Source: Campylobacterota bacterium
Lineage (GTDB): Bacteria; Campylobacterota; Campylobacteria; Campylobacterales; JAADDX01
Assembly (NCBI GenBank): GCA_013153685.1
Contig: JAADDX010000054.1
Location: 2,842 to 66,841, forward strand
Reading direction: 5' to 3'
Length of the DNA stretch: 64,000 nt
This document shows, piece after piece, positions 1 to 10,687 of the stretch; within the stretch, counting starts at the first letter, position 1, and each line of letters starts with the position of its first letter. The position numbers were made by a program, and so were the translations under genes. A model generated the notes under the pieces. The model saw only the letters and a program-made list of their open reading frames with translations, did no database searches and was not told the DNA's origin.

Positions 1-1148
1 TGCGTAGTAAGGAGTGTAGATAATTCCTTTAGAACATAATCTCCCTTATCATGACCATAAGTATCGTTAATTTGTTTAAAATAATCAATATCGATAATCA
101 ACAACGCATAATTATCCAAATCATGCAATTTCTTCATACAACCGCTTCTATTTAACAATTGGGTAAGATAATCAATTTGTGCTTTGAATTTCGCTTGTTT
201 GTAGAAATATACAGTAAAAATAATCATCAAAATTACCAAATACAACATCAGCACACCAACTAACATGTGGTGGAAATTTTTGTTTAGTTCCACTATTACT
301 TTAAGACCCTTTAGAGGAAATATACTAAGGATATATCCCTCTTTACGATTGTGCACATTTACTAAAGGATAAGCAAAGATTAGATTGTTCTCAATGATAT
401 GAATCTTTTTATTGAAATTTACATGATGTATATGAGAAAATAGTTTACAACCATTTCCCCAGATGTAATATTCTGGATTTAATTTACATGTTTTAAACGA
501 TTTTAACTCATCATGAAATACTCTGGAATTGACTAATGTTTTAGGCACTACCATTGCTAGATGTTCTTTAGCAAACATATAATTAATAAGGTTATTTATA
601 CTAAACGATATCTCAAAACTCCCTATAAGTTTGTTGTGATAAATAAGTGGATACACATTCCTAAAACCACCAATCCCTCGTCCTATCTCAAAACCATGAA
701 AAGGTTTCTTGGTATTTTGAACATACCTAATAGAATCCCTAAAAGCAAGCAGATGATCTCCAAATTTATCCAAATTATGAAATCTTACAAATGAAATCCC
801 ACCTCTTAGATGGAAATGCACTAAATAAAATCCATTTTTCTTGAGAATGTAGTATTTAGGTAAAAATACCTTGATTAGCTGATTTCGTGCGGTCATGAAA
901 TTTTTCATATTCATATCCGCCTGATAAACAATATCCAATACTCGCTTATCTATTAGCAAGTTTTTTAACAAGTCGGTGTTTTTATTGAGCACAGCAAGTT
1001 CTTTATTAAATGTAACTTTATTTTGAGCGTAAAACTCATGCAAATACTTAGCGATGTTTCTATCTTTTTGTAACTTTAAAAACATCACTAGAAATATGAA
1101 AAATATCGAATGAACGAATATAATTATGTATAATGTTTTCTTTGTCAA
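1..1148 (-). CDS. Membrane sensor diguanylate cyclase (TM, Cache-type periplasmic domain, TM, GGDEF); 3' part lies beyond the window start
   Basis: Own minus-strand translation. The frame is open from 1148 to the window edge, so it is absent from the ORF track. TM1 is LYIIIFVHSIFFIFLVMF. FYLVHFHLRGGISFVRFHNLDKFGDHLLAFRDSI...GFEIGRGIGGFRNVYPLIYHNKLIGSFEISF resembles the Cache_3-Cache_2 signature. TM2 is MLVGVLMLYLVILMIIFTVYFY. LLIIDIDYFKQINDTYGHDKGDYVLKEL is the first half of a GGDEF domain. Start set at TTG 1148 (SD AAGGGA 4 nt upstream, 1 nt after the upstream stop) rather than ATG 1085, because only then is TM1 included. Confidence 0.75.
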   Translation of the reverse strand, partial: MTKKTLYIIIFVHSIFFIFLVMFLKLQKDRNIAKYLHEFYAQNKVTFNKELAVLNKNTDLLKNLLIDKRVLDIVYQADMNMKNFMTARNQLIKVFLPKYYILKKNGFYLVHFHLRGGISFVRFHNLDKFGDHLLAFRDSIRYVQNTKKPFHGFEIGRGIGGFRNVYPLIYHNKLIGSFEISFSINNLINYMFAKEHLAMVVPKTLVNSRVFHDELKSFKTCKLNPEYYIWGNGCKLFSHIHHVNFNKKIHIIENNLIFAYPLVNVHNRKEGYILSIFPLKGLKVIVELNKNFHHMLVGVLMLYLVILMIIFTVYFYKQAKFKAQIDYLTQLLNRSGCMKKLHDLDNYALLIIDIDYFKQINDTYGHDKGDYVLKELSTLLTT

Positions 1149-1149
1149 A

Positions 1150-2355
1150 TTATCCCTTTTGCGTATTAAGTTCTATCATTTCCCACGGAAGACCTTGTTT
1201 ATTAAGCTCATCCAAAAATGGTTTGGCATCAAATTCTTCCATATTATGCACTCCTTCAGCAAACCATTTTTTATCGGCTATCATTTTTGCCCCTATCATT
1301 GCTGGCACTCCTGTTGTATAACTCACACATTGAGCCCCTGTCTCACGATAAGCACATTGATGGTCACAAATTTGGTAAATATATACTTTTCTTTTATGTC
1401 CGTTTTTAATCCCTTCTATTACACAACCAATATTTGTCTGCCCTTTTGTTCTCTCTCCCAAACTTGCTGGGTCTGGTAAAACTTTTTTTAGAAATTCCAT
1501 AGGTGAGATTTTACACCCATCACACACCTCAATAGGCTCAATATTTGTCATTCCCACATTTTGTAACACTTCAAGGTGTTTTAAATATTTATCACTAAAT
1601 GTCATAAAAAATCTAATTCTTTTTAGATGAGGGATATTTTTTACTAAACTTTCCAATTCTTCGTGATACAAAAGATAACTTGGGTAAGTTCCTACTTTTG
1701 GATATTCCCAATCCATTTTAATACTCATAGGCTCTACTTCTATCCATTTGCCCTCTTCCCAATATTTCCCTTTTTGAGTAATTTCTCTTATGTTGATTTC
1801 TGGATTGAAATTTGTAGCAAAAGGATATCCGTGATCTCCCGCATTACAATCAAGTATATCCACATAATGAATCTCATCAAATAAATATTGATTTGCGTAT
1901 GCAATAAATACATTCGTAACTCCTGGGTCAAATCCACTTCCAAGAAGTGCCATTAAATGAGCTTTTTTAAAATCATCATCTTTTGCCCATTGTAATTTGT
2001 ATTCAAATTTTGCTTCATCTGGGTGTTCGTAATTGGCGGTATCTACATAATGAGCCCCAGCTTTTACGCATGCGTCCATTATTGTAAGGTCTTGATATGG
2101 AAGGGCTACATTTAGTACAATATCAGCCCCTACTTTTGTAATAAGCTGTGCAGTCTCATCTACATTATCCGCATCTACTTGATATGTATCTATTTTTACC
2201 CCTAGCTTTTTTTCTATATCGTTTGCTATTGCATCACATTTGCTTTTTGTTCTACTTGCAAGTGAAATTTTCTCAAAGCTATCCAAATTCATTGCCGCTT
2301 TAAAAGTAGCAACTCTTCCAACCCCACCAGCTCCGATAATCAACAGATTTGCCAT
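1150..2355 (-). CDS. Carboxy(nor)spermidine dehydrogenase (saccharopine dehydrogenase family, CANSDH)
   Basis: N-terminal Rossmann motif LLIIGAGGVGRV and a full-length ~400 aa saccharopine-dehydrogenase-like protein. It sits in the same transcription unit as nspC. ATG 2355 (AGGA SD 6 nt upstream) is preferred over the TTG at 2361 used in the track. Confidence 0.8.
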   Translation of the reverse strand: MANLLIIGAGGVGRVATFKAAMNLDSFEKISLASRTKSKCDAIANDIEKKLGVKIDTYQVDADNVDETAQLITKVGADIVLNVALPYQDLTIMDACVKAGAHYVDTANYEHPDEAKFEYKLQWAKDDDFKKAHLMALLGSGFDPGVTNVFIAYANQYLFDEIHYVDILDCNAGDHGYPFATNFNPEINIREITQKGKYWEEGKWIEVEPMSIKMDWEYPKVGTYPSYLLYHEELESLVKNIPHLKRIRFFMTFSDKYLKHLEVLQNVGMTNIEPIEVCDGCKISPMEFLKKVLPDPASLGERTKGQTNIGCVIEGIKNGHKRKVYIYQICDHQCAYRETGAQCVSYTTGVPAMIGAKMIADKKWFAEGVHNMEEFDAKPFLDELNKQGLPWEMIELNTQKG

Positions 2356-2433
2356 TTTCAATCCTTATTTTTGTAAAATTATACCATATTTTACACATTC
2401 ATACATACACTATACTTGCAGTATTGTTTGCAT

Positions 2434-2823
2434 TTAGTGCTTCTTAGAGTGCAAATAATGGTAAATTGCCTGTATCTCTTCATCTACTAAATAGTCATAT
2501 TTAGGCATAAATGAATAATTAATTTTTTTGAGTTTGTGATTTTTGAATATTTTTGAATATTTCAACCTCACATAAAAAGTCTCCCATTTCGTCTTGGTGA
2601 TATCTGGGGCTACCAGCTTGACAAGATTACCGTTTTTATCTCGATATTTGGCAACTAATCTACCATGTCCATACTTGGCATGGCACTTAATGCACCCTAT
2701 ACCACGCGGATTTTGATACAACATCTTACCATATTCCAGATTTGTAATAAAATCCGTAGATAATAGCTGAAGTGGCATAAGGATTATAGCAAACTTAAGA
2801 TAATCTATTTTTATAATCTTCAA
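2434..2823 (-). CDS. Small secreted c-type cytochrome (monohaem, class I-like)
   Basis: 129 aa with a hydrophobic signal-like N-terminus ([13 protein letters not shown]). It has a single haem c motif CIKCH and a candidate distal Met in SFMPKY. It overlaps the 3' end of nspC by 29 nt. Confidence 0.6.
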   Translation of the reverse strand: MKIIKIDYLKFAIILMPLQLLSTDFITNLEYGKMLYQNPRGIGCIKCHAKYGHGRLVAKYRDKNGNLVKLVAPDITKTKWETFYVRLKYSKIFKNHKLKKINYSFMPKYDYLVDEEIQAIYHYLHSKKH

Positions 2824-3898
2824 AATGAAATTCCCTTACTATCCATAATTTCCCGTTTTTTCTCTTATATCCAATTGATGGCATTCTAACGCCGTTAAAA
2901 TGGGTATTTTTCACCATTGTATAATGTATCATATCCTCAAAGATTATATGATCACCAACTTTTAATTCTTCATCAAAGCTATAATCACCAATAATATCTC
3001 CACTCAAACAAGTATTTCCGCCAAGCCTATAAGTGTATCTCTTTTGGTTTGGTTTGCCAGCACCTCTTACTTCCGGTCTATAAGGCATAGCTAAAACATC
3101 TGGCATGTGAGCCTCCGCACTCGTATCAAGGATGGCTATCTTCATCCCATTCTCCACAATATCCAACACCTCACTCACCAAATACCCCGTCTGCCACCCG
3201 ACTGCTTCACCAGGTTCTAATATCACTTCTACATCATATTTGGCTTTGAATCTTTTAATAATTTCTATCAATTCATCCACATCATAATCACTTCGCGTGA
3301 TATGATGTCCTCCACCGAAATTTACCCATTCCATTTGGTATAAATATTTACCAAATTTACTCTCTACACCCTCTAATACTTTTATCAAGGCTTTACTATC
3401 TTGTTCACAAAGTGCATGGAAATGAAGCCCACTAACATTCTCTAATAAATCCTCTTGGAAATTATCTATCGTAACACCCATCCTACTATATACACCGCAA
3501 GGATCATACAAAGCTACCGGCGATGAACTAACTTCTGGATTGATTCTAATACCTATTTTGGCTTTGGATTTGACTCTATTTTGATATCTTTGCAACTGCG
3601 AAAAGGAATTGAATATAACCTTGTCACTAATTTGTGCTATCTCATCAATCTCATCATCTTTGTATGCAGGCGAATATGTGTGCACTTCCCAATTTTTCAT
3701 ATTTGCTAACTTAGCTTCCCAAAGTCCGCTACAAGTAGCTCCACTTAGATATTTCTCAAGCAAATCAAAACTAGCCCACAAAGCAAACCCTTTAAGTGCT
3801 ACAAGCACTTTGCAGCCGGCTTGTTGTTGGACTTTATTAAGAATTTGTAGATTTTTCTCTAGTAATTCTTCTTCACAGATATAAATAGGTGTTTTCAT
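2795..3898 (-). CDS. nspC: Carboxy(nor)spermidine decarboxylase
   Basis: 367 aa PLP-dependent fold-III decarboxylase pattern: [24 protein letters not shown]. It is paired with CANSDH downstream and has a 4-nt overlap with pgk upstream. Confidence 0.85.
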   Translation of the reverse strand: MKTPIYICEEELLEKNLQILNKVQQQAGCKVLVALKGFALWASFDLLEKYLSGATCSGLWEAKLANMKNWEVHTYSPAYKDDEIDEIAQISDKVIFNSFSQLQRYQNRVKSKAKIGIRINPEVSSSPVALYDPCGVYSRMGVTIDNFQEDLLENVSGLHFHALCEQDSKALIKVLEGVESKFGKYLYQMEWVNFGGGHHITRSDYDVDELIEIIKRFKAKYDVEVILEPGEAVGWQTGYLVSEVLDIVENGMKIAILDTSAEAHMPDVLAMPYRPEVRGAGKPNQKRYTYRLGGNTCLSGDIIGDYSFDEELKVGDHIIFEDMIHYTMVKNTHFNGVRMPSIGYKRKNGKLWIVREFHFEDYKNRLS

Positions 3899-5091
3899 TT
3901 GTGAGTTAGCACCTCAATCCCTGGCAATTTCTTACCTTCAAGCAACTCCAAACTTGCTCCACCACCAGTTGAGATAAACGTCATCTCTTCATCATCACCG
4001 GCTCGTTGAACCAAGTCAGCAGTATCTCCACCACCTACTACCTTAATTCCGTGTGTTCTTGCAATCTCATGAGAGATTTTAAAACTTCCTCTTGAAAATT
4101 TATCCATCTCATACACACCCATAGGACCGTTCCAAAGTATTGTTTGCGAATCCCACAACACTTCTCCAAACAATCTCACAGTTGCCGGACCTATATCAAG
4201 TCCCATCCATCCTTCTGGGATTTCTTGATAAGTAGTATACTGCACCATTGCACTCTCATCAAACTTATCAGCCACTACCACATCCACTGGTAGATAAAAT
4301 TTCACTCCCAGTCTTTTGGCTTCATCCATAATATGCTTTGCTTCATCTATCAAATCATCCTCTACAAGAGACTTACCGACCTCATATCCAAGGGCTTTTA
4401 GGAATGTAAATGCCATTCCACCGCCAATAACCATCTTATCTACTTTCGGTAGCAAGTTAATCAACGCTTGTAACTTTCCACTAACCTTACTTCCTCCTAC
4501 AACTGCACTAAACGGTCTTGCTGGACTTTGAAGTAGTTTGTGAAAAAAGTTGATCTCTTTTAACAACAAAAATCCACCTGCTTTATGGTCATCATCAAAA
4601 AAGTTAGTAATAGCATGCACGCTTGCATGAGCTCTATGAGATACTCCAAATGCGTCATTAATATAAAAATCCGCAAAATCCGCTAAACTTTTAGCAAATT
4701 CAATATCATCTTTTGTCTCACCTTCTTCAAATCTTACATTCTCCAAAAGCAAAATCTCACCATCTTTTAGATTATGAGCCTTGGTTTTGGCATCTGTTCC
4801 TACTACGTCTGTCGCTAAGAAAATTTCCTCATGCAATAAATGATGAAGTCTTTTAGCTACGGGTGCTAACGAATACTTCTCATCAAACCCTTCTTTTGGT
4901 CTTCCCATATGGCTTGCTAAAATAATTTTTGCCTCTATATCTAGTAAATATTTGATAGTCGGTAGGGCTTCTTTGATTCTTCTATCATCTGCAATATTTC
5001 CAAACTCATCCATAGGAACATTAAAATCACATCTTACAAATACTCTCTCGCCTTTTTTAATCTCCAAATCTTTTACGCTATTTAATCTCAT
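3895..5091 (-). CDS. pgk: Phosphoglycerate kinase
   Basis: 398 aa with [22 protein letters not shown] and VVGGGDTA motifs. 4-nt overlap with gapA. Confidence 0.95.
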   Translation of the reverse strand: MRLNSVKDLEIKKGERVFVRCDFNVPMDEFGNIADDRRIKEALPTIKYLLDIEAKIILASHMGRPKEGFDEKYSLAPVAKRLHHLLHEEIFLATDVVGTDAKTKAHNLKDGEILLLENVRFEEGETKDDIEFAKSLADFADFYINDAFGVSHRAHASVHAITNFFDDDHKAGGFLLLKEINFFHKLLQSPARPFSAVVGGSKVSGKLQALINLLPKVDKMVIGGGMAFTFLKALGYEVGKSLVEDDLIDEAKHIMDEAKRLGVKFYLPVDVVVADKFDESAMVQYTTYQEIPEGWMGLDIGPATVRLFGEVLWDSQTILWNGPMGVYEMDKFSRGSFKISHEIARTHGIKVVGGGDTADLVQRAGDDEEMTFISTGGGASLELLEGKKLPGIEVLTHK

Positions 5092-6089
5092 TTATACTCT
5101 CCCGCAATTACTGCCATATCTATAAGTCTATTTGAATAACCCATTTCATTGTCATACCAAGCCATCACTTTTACCATATTTCCTTCAATAACTTGCGTCA
5201 AATCAATAGCCACGATTGATGAAAATAGTGATGAAGTAAAATCACTACTTACACATTTATCATAATCAATTGCTAAAATATCTTTTAATTCGTTTTTGCT
5301 TGCGTTAATTAAAGCTTCATTTACCTCTTGGATAGTTGTGTTTTTTGAGACTACAACATTTAAATCTATCAAACTTACATTTGGAGTAGGCACTCTTACT
5401 GCTTGTCCGTGCATTTTACCGAGTAATTCTGGAATTACTTTACCAATAGCCTTTGCCGCTCCGGTGGTAGTAGGAATCATATTAATAGCTGCTGCTCTTC
5501 CTCTTCTGATATCTTTGTGGTGTTTTACATCGAGGATTTTTTGGTCGTTTGTATAGCTATGAACCGTAGTCATAAGTCCCTTTTCAATCCCAAAATTATC
5601 CACAAGCACTTTTGCAACAGGTGCTAGACAATTAGTAGTACATGACGCATTTGAGATAATTTTCTCTCCTGCGTATTTATCGCTATTTACACCCACTACA
5701 AAAGTAGGAGTATCATCTTTTGGAGGTGCTGACATAATCACACATTTTGCACCTTTATCGATATGCACTTGCGTATTTTCTTGTTTTAAGAATTTACCAG
5801 TACACTCAAGCACCACTTCAGTCCCTACACTTGCAAAATCAATCTTTGAAGGGTCTCTATCGCTAAATAGCGTCACCGTATCTCTCCCAATTCTTAAATG
5901 TTTCTCATCAATCACCTCAACATCTTCAAATCTTGAATGCACACTATCATATTTCAAAAGATACGCGAGTTGCTCAGCAGTCCCGCTATCGTTTATTGCT
6001 ACTAATTCTACATCATCTCTATTTGCTATTATTCTGGCACTACTTCTTCCTATTCTTCCAAAACCATTAATTGCTACTTTAACAGCCAT
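5088..6089 (-). CDS. gapA: Glyceraldehyde-3-phosphate dehydrogenase
   Basis: 333 aa with NAD motif INGFGRIGR and catalytic [12 protein letters not shown]. Confidence 0.95.
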   Translation of the reverse strand: MAVKVAINGFGRIGRSSARIIANRDDVELVAINDSGTAEQLAYLLKYDSVHSRFEDVEVIDEKHLRIGRDTVTLFSDRDPSKIDFASVGTEVVLECTGKFLKQENTQVHIDKGAKCVIMSAPPKDDTPTFVVGVNSDKYAGEKIISNASCTTNCLAPVAKVLVDNFGIEKGLMTTVHSYTNDQKILDVKHHKDIRRGRAAAINMIPTTTGAAKAIGKVIPELLGKMHGQAVRVPTPNVSLIDLNVVVSKNTTIQEVNEALINASKNELKDILAIDYDKCVSSDFTSSLFSSIVAIDLTQVIEGNMVKVMAWYDNEMGYSNRLIDMAVIAGEYK

Positions 6090-6152
6090 AAAACCTCTCC
6101 TTTTTAAAATATTATGAAATTATATCAAAATTCACTTCAATCCCAAAATTCA

Positions 6153-6944
6153 CTACAACTTTCTAGCACGCATGGAAATAAACTCTTCTTGAAAATCGTA
6201 AGCCTTTAGTTTAAAAGCATCATAACACGAATTATGCTCAATATCAAATACAACAGCTTGAAAAATCTTTTTACACTTGTCGTTGATGTCGAATTTTTTG
6301 GAAAAACCACTCAAAAATCTCTGAATTGCTTCTTTTTCGTTCATACCTATTACGTTGTCATAACATCCGCTAAGACCAATATCACTCAAATATCCAGCAC
6401 GCTCTATCATCAAATCATCAGTTCCTATATGTGTATGAGTCCCCACAAGAGCGGCAATATGGTCTTTAAGTAACAAAAACAACGCTCGCTTCTCAGCTGT
6501 CGTCTCTGCATGGAAATCGATAAAAATATTATAATCTTGATACTTTTTTACCTCCTTTAAAAGCACTCTAAAAGGATTTTCAAAAATTGGCATCCCAAAC
6601 ATTCCCATAGCGGAAAATACCGCTAGCTTGTGCTTTTCATCCACAAAGACTCCACTTCCGGCAGTCTCTTCATACATGTTAATAGGACGCAAAATAGGCT
6701 CAGTTTGCATAAGTTCGATAATCTCTTTTTTATCAAAGCTATGATTTCCACCGGTAAAAATATCGATACCGCTGTTTCGCATTTCCTGGTAATTTTTTTG
6801 ACTCATTCCAAAGCCATGACTTACGTTTTCATAATTTGCCACTACTACGTCTATGTTATATTTTTGTCTAATTTTTGGTAGATGATACTGGATCATTCGT
6901 CTGCCTGGTTTGCCTACAATATCTCCAATAAACAATAATCTCAT
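6153..6944 (-). CDS. YmdB-like metallophosphoesterase (2',3'-cyclic-nucleotide phosphodiesterase family)
   Basis: 263 aa with FIGDIVGKPGR, GGNHSFD and IDFHAETTAEK, typical of the YmdB/TIGR00282-type calcineurin-like family. Confidence 0.8.
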   Translation of the reverse strand: MRLLFIGDIVGKPGRRMIQYHLPKIRQKYNIDVVVANYENVSHGFGMSQKNYQEMRNSGIDIFTGGNHSFDKKEIIELMQTEPILRPINMYEETAGSGVFVDEKHKLAVFSAMGMFGMPIFENPFRVLLKEVKKYQDYNIFIDFHAETTAEKRALFLLLKDHIAALVGTHTHIGTDDLMIERAGYLSDIGLSGCYDNVIGMNEKEAIQRFLSGFSKKFDINDKCKKIFQAVVFDIEHNSCYDAFKLKAYDFQEEFISMRARKL

Positions 6945-7006
6945 TTGTATCCTTAAAAATTTTATGCAATTATAACATTTTACAACTTTACAGTGGGTAT
7001 AAAATT

Positions 7007-7015
7007 TGCTATAAT
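7007..7015 (+). promoter_or_regulatory. Extended -10 promoter element TGCTATAAT upstream of the oxidase gene
   Basis: Exact TGnTATAAT lies 28 nt upstream of ATG 7043. An AAGGA SD lies in between. Confidence 0.4.
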
Positions 7016-7042
7016 GTAGAAAAACTTAAATTAAGGATTACG

Positions 7043-8275
7043 ATGAAAGTTGCTATTGTGGGTGCTGGTATTAGCGGACTTGCTAGTGGGTATTATTTGC
7101 AAAAGATGGGATTTGAAGTAGATATTTACGAAAAAGAGAGAATTGGCGGTAAGGCGTATACACACAAACAAGGGGAATTTTTGTTTGAAGAGGGTGTAAA
7201 CGGATTTTTAGATAACGTGCCAGAGACATTGGAATTAGCTAGCGAGATAGGAGTACCTACTTTGCGAGCCAATCAAAATGCTAAAATTAGATATATTTTT
7301 GATGACAAACTATATCGCCTACCAAGCTCACCAAAAGATTTCTTGTTTGGGGATATTATGCCATTTAGTGCTAAGCTTAGAATGTTTAAAGAATTTTTCA
7401 TCCCTCCACAACCGCAAGAAGACGAGAGTGTAGCAAGCTTTACAAATAGGAGATTGGGTGAGTTTTTCACTAAGAGATTTATGACGCCTATGACAGCTGG
7501 GATATACGCATCAACCCCACAAAGTCTCTCAATTAATGCAGCATTCCCAAAAATCGCCAAATTAGAAAAAGAATATGGTGGATTATTTCGTGGAATGCTC
7601 AAAAAGAAAAAGGGGGGAGCTCCAAGTGGTGAATTGACATCTTTTGAGTTTGGAATGAGCGAGATGATAGAGAAGCTGGCTAAAAACCTCAATATTATCC
7701 ATAAGCCGATCAATTCATTAGAAGAATTATGCTCTTACGACAAGATCATACTAGCTACACCAGCTTATGAGAGTGCGAAAATACTCAAATCCAAATACCC
7801 TACTTTAGCAGCAGAGTTAGCAAAGATTGATTATACTCCAGTAGCAATCGTAGGATTTAGCGGAGATATCAAACCAGAAGCATTTGGTATTTTAACGACA
7901 CAACTAAACACTCTTGGGATTTTGATGGATAAATATATATTTCCGCATAGAGGAGGAATTCGAGCAATGGTAGGGGGAGAACGATTTAGGGGTATTTTGG
8001 AGATGAGTAAAGAAGAAATTATCCAAATGACACTCAATGATATTGAGCAAATCATCCCAAATCATAATCTCAAAGTAGAATTTTTCAAACTCTGGAAGCA
8101 AGCTATACCAAATTACAAAGTGGGGCATTTGAAAATTGTTAGAAACATACTAGATGAGGTAAATAAAATTGATGATCTATATCTCAATTCTAACGCTTAT
8201 AGGGGGGTTAGTTTTAATGATTGTATTAAAAATTCAAAAGAATTAGCCGCAAGCATTAAATACGACAATGTATAG
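7043..8275 (+). CDS. HemY-type protoporphyrinogen/coproporphyrinogen oxidase (FAD-dependent)
   Basis: 410 aa with dinucleotide fold VAIVGAGISGLASGYYL...YEKERIGGK. DESVASFTNRRLG and C-terminal NAYRGVSFNDCI fit the PPOX pattern. Confidence 0.75.
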   Translation: MKVAIVGAGISGLASGYYLQKMGFEVDIYEKERIGGKAYTHKQGEFLFEEGVNGFLDNVPETLELASEIGVPTLRANQNAKIRYIFDDKLYRLPSSPKDFLFGDIMPFSAKLRMFKEFFIPPQPQEDESVASFTNRRLGEFFTKRFMTPMTAGIYASTPQSLSINAAFPKIAKLEKEYGGLFRGMLKKKKGGAPSGELTSFEFGMSEMIEKLAKNLNIIHKPINSLEELCSYDKIILATPAYESAKILKSKYPTLAAELAKIDYTPVAIVGFSGDIKPEAFGILTTQLNTLGILMDKYIFPHRGGIRAMVGGERFRGILEMSKEEIIQMTLNDIEQIIPNHNLKVEFFKLWKQAIPNYKVGHLKIVRNILDEVNKIDDLYLNSNAYRGVSFNDCIKNSKELAASIKYDNV

Positions 8276-8876
8276 GCACTTTATCAAACCACTCCTTGAT
8301 AAAATTGCAGCTTTGATGCTATTAGCAGTACTAGCTCCGTTAATGGCATTAATAGCTTTAGCGATATATATCTCGATGGGTAAGCCAATCCTCTTTCGGC
8401 AACAAAGAGTAGGATACAAAGAAAAAATATTTACCATTTACAAATTTAGAACTATGAATGATAAAACAGATGATAATGGAGAATTATTGCCCGATAATGA
8501 GAGATTAGAGGGGATAGGAGCATTTATTAGGAAATATAGCTTGGATGAATTGCCTCAGTTATACAATATTTTAAAAGGGGATATGAGCTTTATAGGACCA
8601 AGACCTTTGCTTGTGGAGTATTTGCCTCATTACACACAAGAACAAAGAAAAAGACACGATGTATTACCGGGGATTAGCGGGCTTGCACAAGTAAAGGGGA
8701 GAAATTTGTTAAGTTGGCACAAGCGTTTTAGGTATGATACGTTTTATGTGCGGAAATTGTCATTTTGTCTTGATATGTACATCATCTTGCTAACATTTAT
8801 CAAACTAATCAAAAAAGAAGGAGTCTTTACCAAAGACAACCAGACAATGCCTAAATTTAACCAGGACAATCCTTAA
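8268..8876 (+). CDS. Small monotopic phosphoglycosyl transferase (PglC/WbaP C-terminal type sugar transferase)
   Basis: 202 aa with re-entrant helix [18 protein letters not shown]. Motifs [15 protein letters not shown] and [21 protein letters not shown] are present. Confidence 0.8.
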   Translation: MYRHFIKPLLDKIAALMLLAVLAPLMALIALAIYISMGKPILFRQQRVGYKEKIFTIYKFRTMNDKTDDNGELLPDNERLEGIGAFIRKYSLDELPQLYNILKGDMSFIGPRPLLVEYLPHYTQEQRKRHDVLPGISGLAQVKGRNLLSWHKRFRYDTFYVRKLSFCLDMYIILLTFIKLIKKEGVFTKDNQTMPKFNQDNP

Positions 8877-10651
8877 TCAATCTTTAACACACTCAAAAAT
8901 GCTTCTTGTGGGATATTTACTTTCCCTATACTTTTCATTCTTTTTTTACCTTGCTTTTGTTTTTCAAGGAGTTTTCTTTTTCTACTAATATCCCCACCAT
9001 AACATTTAGCAGTTACATCTTTTCTCAAAGCTTTTACCGTTTCACGAGCAATGATTTTATTTCCTACACTTGCTTGAATAGCTACTTCAAAAAGTTGTCT
9101 TGGGATTAACTCTTTCATCACCTTAATAAGCTCACGTCCTTTTTTTTCTGCTTTATTTTTATCTACGATTATAGAGAGGGCATCTACTACTTCACCAGCA
9201 ACTCTAATATCCATCTTCACCAAATCACCCTCTTTATACCCAATCATTTCATAATCAAAACTTGCATAACCTTTTGTAGTAGATTTTAGCTTATCATAAA
9301 AATCCGTTACAATCTCATTCATAGGAATTTCGTATTCAAGCAACACTCTATCCCCTACATAATCCATCTTTTTTTGGATTCCTCTTTTTTCATTTAAAAA
9401 TGTAATAATATTTCCTACAAATTCATCTGGCACAAGGATAGTAGCTTTTACATAAGGTTCAAGTATTTTTTCTATTTTGCTAACATCTGGTAATTCACTT
9501 GGATTTGATACTTCTATCTCTTCACCATCAGTCGTAATTACTTTGTATGTAACACTTGGTGCAGTAGCGATTAGTTCAAGTCCAAATTCTCTCTCTAACC
9601 TTTCTTTTACAACCTCCATATGAAGCATACCTAAAAATCCAACCCTAAATCCAAATCCAAGTGCTTTTGAAGTTTCTGGCTCATACGTGATAGATGAGTC
9701 ATTTAGTTTTAGTTTATCCAGTGCATCTCTTAAATCATCAAATTTATCAGTTTCAATCGGATAAATTCCCGCAAATACGAATGATTTTACTTCTTCAAAC
9801 TCATCTGCTGGCTCGCTTGCTGGATTTTTAGCATCAGTTATCGTATCCCCTACTCTAATATCTGCTACATTTTTAAGTCCTAAAACAACTACTCCAATTT
9901 CACCTGTTTTAATCGCATTTGTTGGTAATTTTCTTTTTGGGTGTGGGTAGTAAAGCTCATTTACTTTGTGAGTTTTACCTGTTCCCATTACTAAAATTTC
10001 TTGCCCTTTTTTAATCTCACCATCAAACACCCTAACAAGTGCTAATGCTCCTAAATAATTATCAAACCAACTATCATAAATCAAAGCTTTTGTAGGGGCA
10101 TTTGGATTGCCTTGTGGTGCTGGGACTCTCTCTACAATCGCATCTAAAAGCTCTTTTATCCCTTCACCTGTCTTTGCACTTACCAAAATTGCACCACTTG
10201 CATCAATCCCAATAGTCTCTTCTATCTCATTTGCTACTCTATCAACATCTGCACTTGGCAAGTCGATTTTGTTTATTACGGGTATTATTTCAAGGTCATT
10301 ATCAAGGGCTAAATAAACATTTGCAATCGTTTGAGCCTCTACTCCTTGGCTTGCATCTACTACAAGCAAAGCCCCTTCACTACTTTTTAAAGATTTGCTT
10401 ACTTCATAGCTAAAATCCACATGCCCCGGGGTATCGATTAAATTTAAAATATGTCCGTTATATTCAAGTCTAACACTTTGGGCTTTTATAGTAATTCCTC
10501 TTTCTTTTTCTATATCCATACTATCAAGCATTTGAGCTTCAAGCTCCCTATCGCTTACCGCTCCACACTCTTGAATTAATCTATCTGCGAGTGTGCTTTT
10601 TCCGTGGTCTATATGAGCTATTATCGAAAAGTTTCTGATTTTTTCTTGCAT
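8873..10651 (-). CDS. lepA: Translation elongation factor 4
   Basis: 592 aa with G motifs [21 protein letters not shown] and NKID, plus the LepA-specific C-terminal domain. Confidence 0.95.
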   Translation of the reverse strand: MQEKIRNFSIIAHIDHGKSTLADRLIQECGAVSDRELEAQMLDSMDIEKERGITIKAQSVRLEYNGHILNLIDTPGHVDFSYEVSKSLKSSEGALLVVDASQGVEAQTIANVYLALDNDLEIIPVINKIDLPSADVDRVANEIEETIGIDASGAILVSAKTGEGIKELLDAIVERVPAPQGNPNAPTKALIYDSWFDNYLGALALVRVFDGEIKKGQEILVMGTGKTHKVNELYYPHPKRKLPTNAIKTGEIGVVVLGLKNVADIRVGDTITDAKNPASEPADEFEEVKSFVFAGIYPIETDKFDDLRDALDKLKLNDSSITYEPETSKALGFGFRVGFLGMLHMEVVKERLEREFGLELIATAPSVTYKVITTDGEEIEVSNPSELPDVSKIEKILEPYVKATILVPDEFVGNIITFLNEKRGIQKKMDYVGDRVLLEYEIPMNEIVTDFYDKLKSTTKGYASFDYEMIGYKEGDLVKMDIRVAGEVVDALSIIVDKNKAEKKGRELIKVMKELIPRQLFEVAIQASVGNKIIARETVKALRKDVTAKCYGGDISRKRKLLEKQKQGKKRMKSIGKVNIPQEAFLSVLKID

Positions 10652-10687
10652 AAAAGTTCCTTATTTTTTAGGAAATTATAACATATT

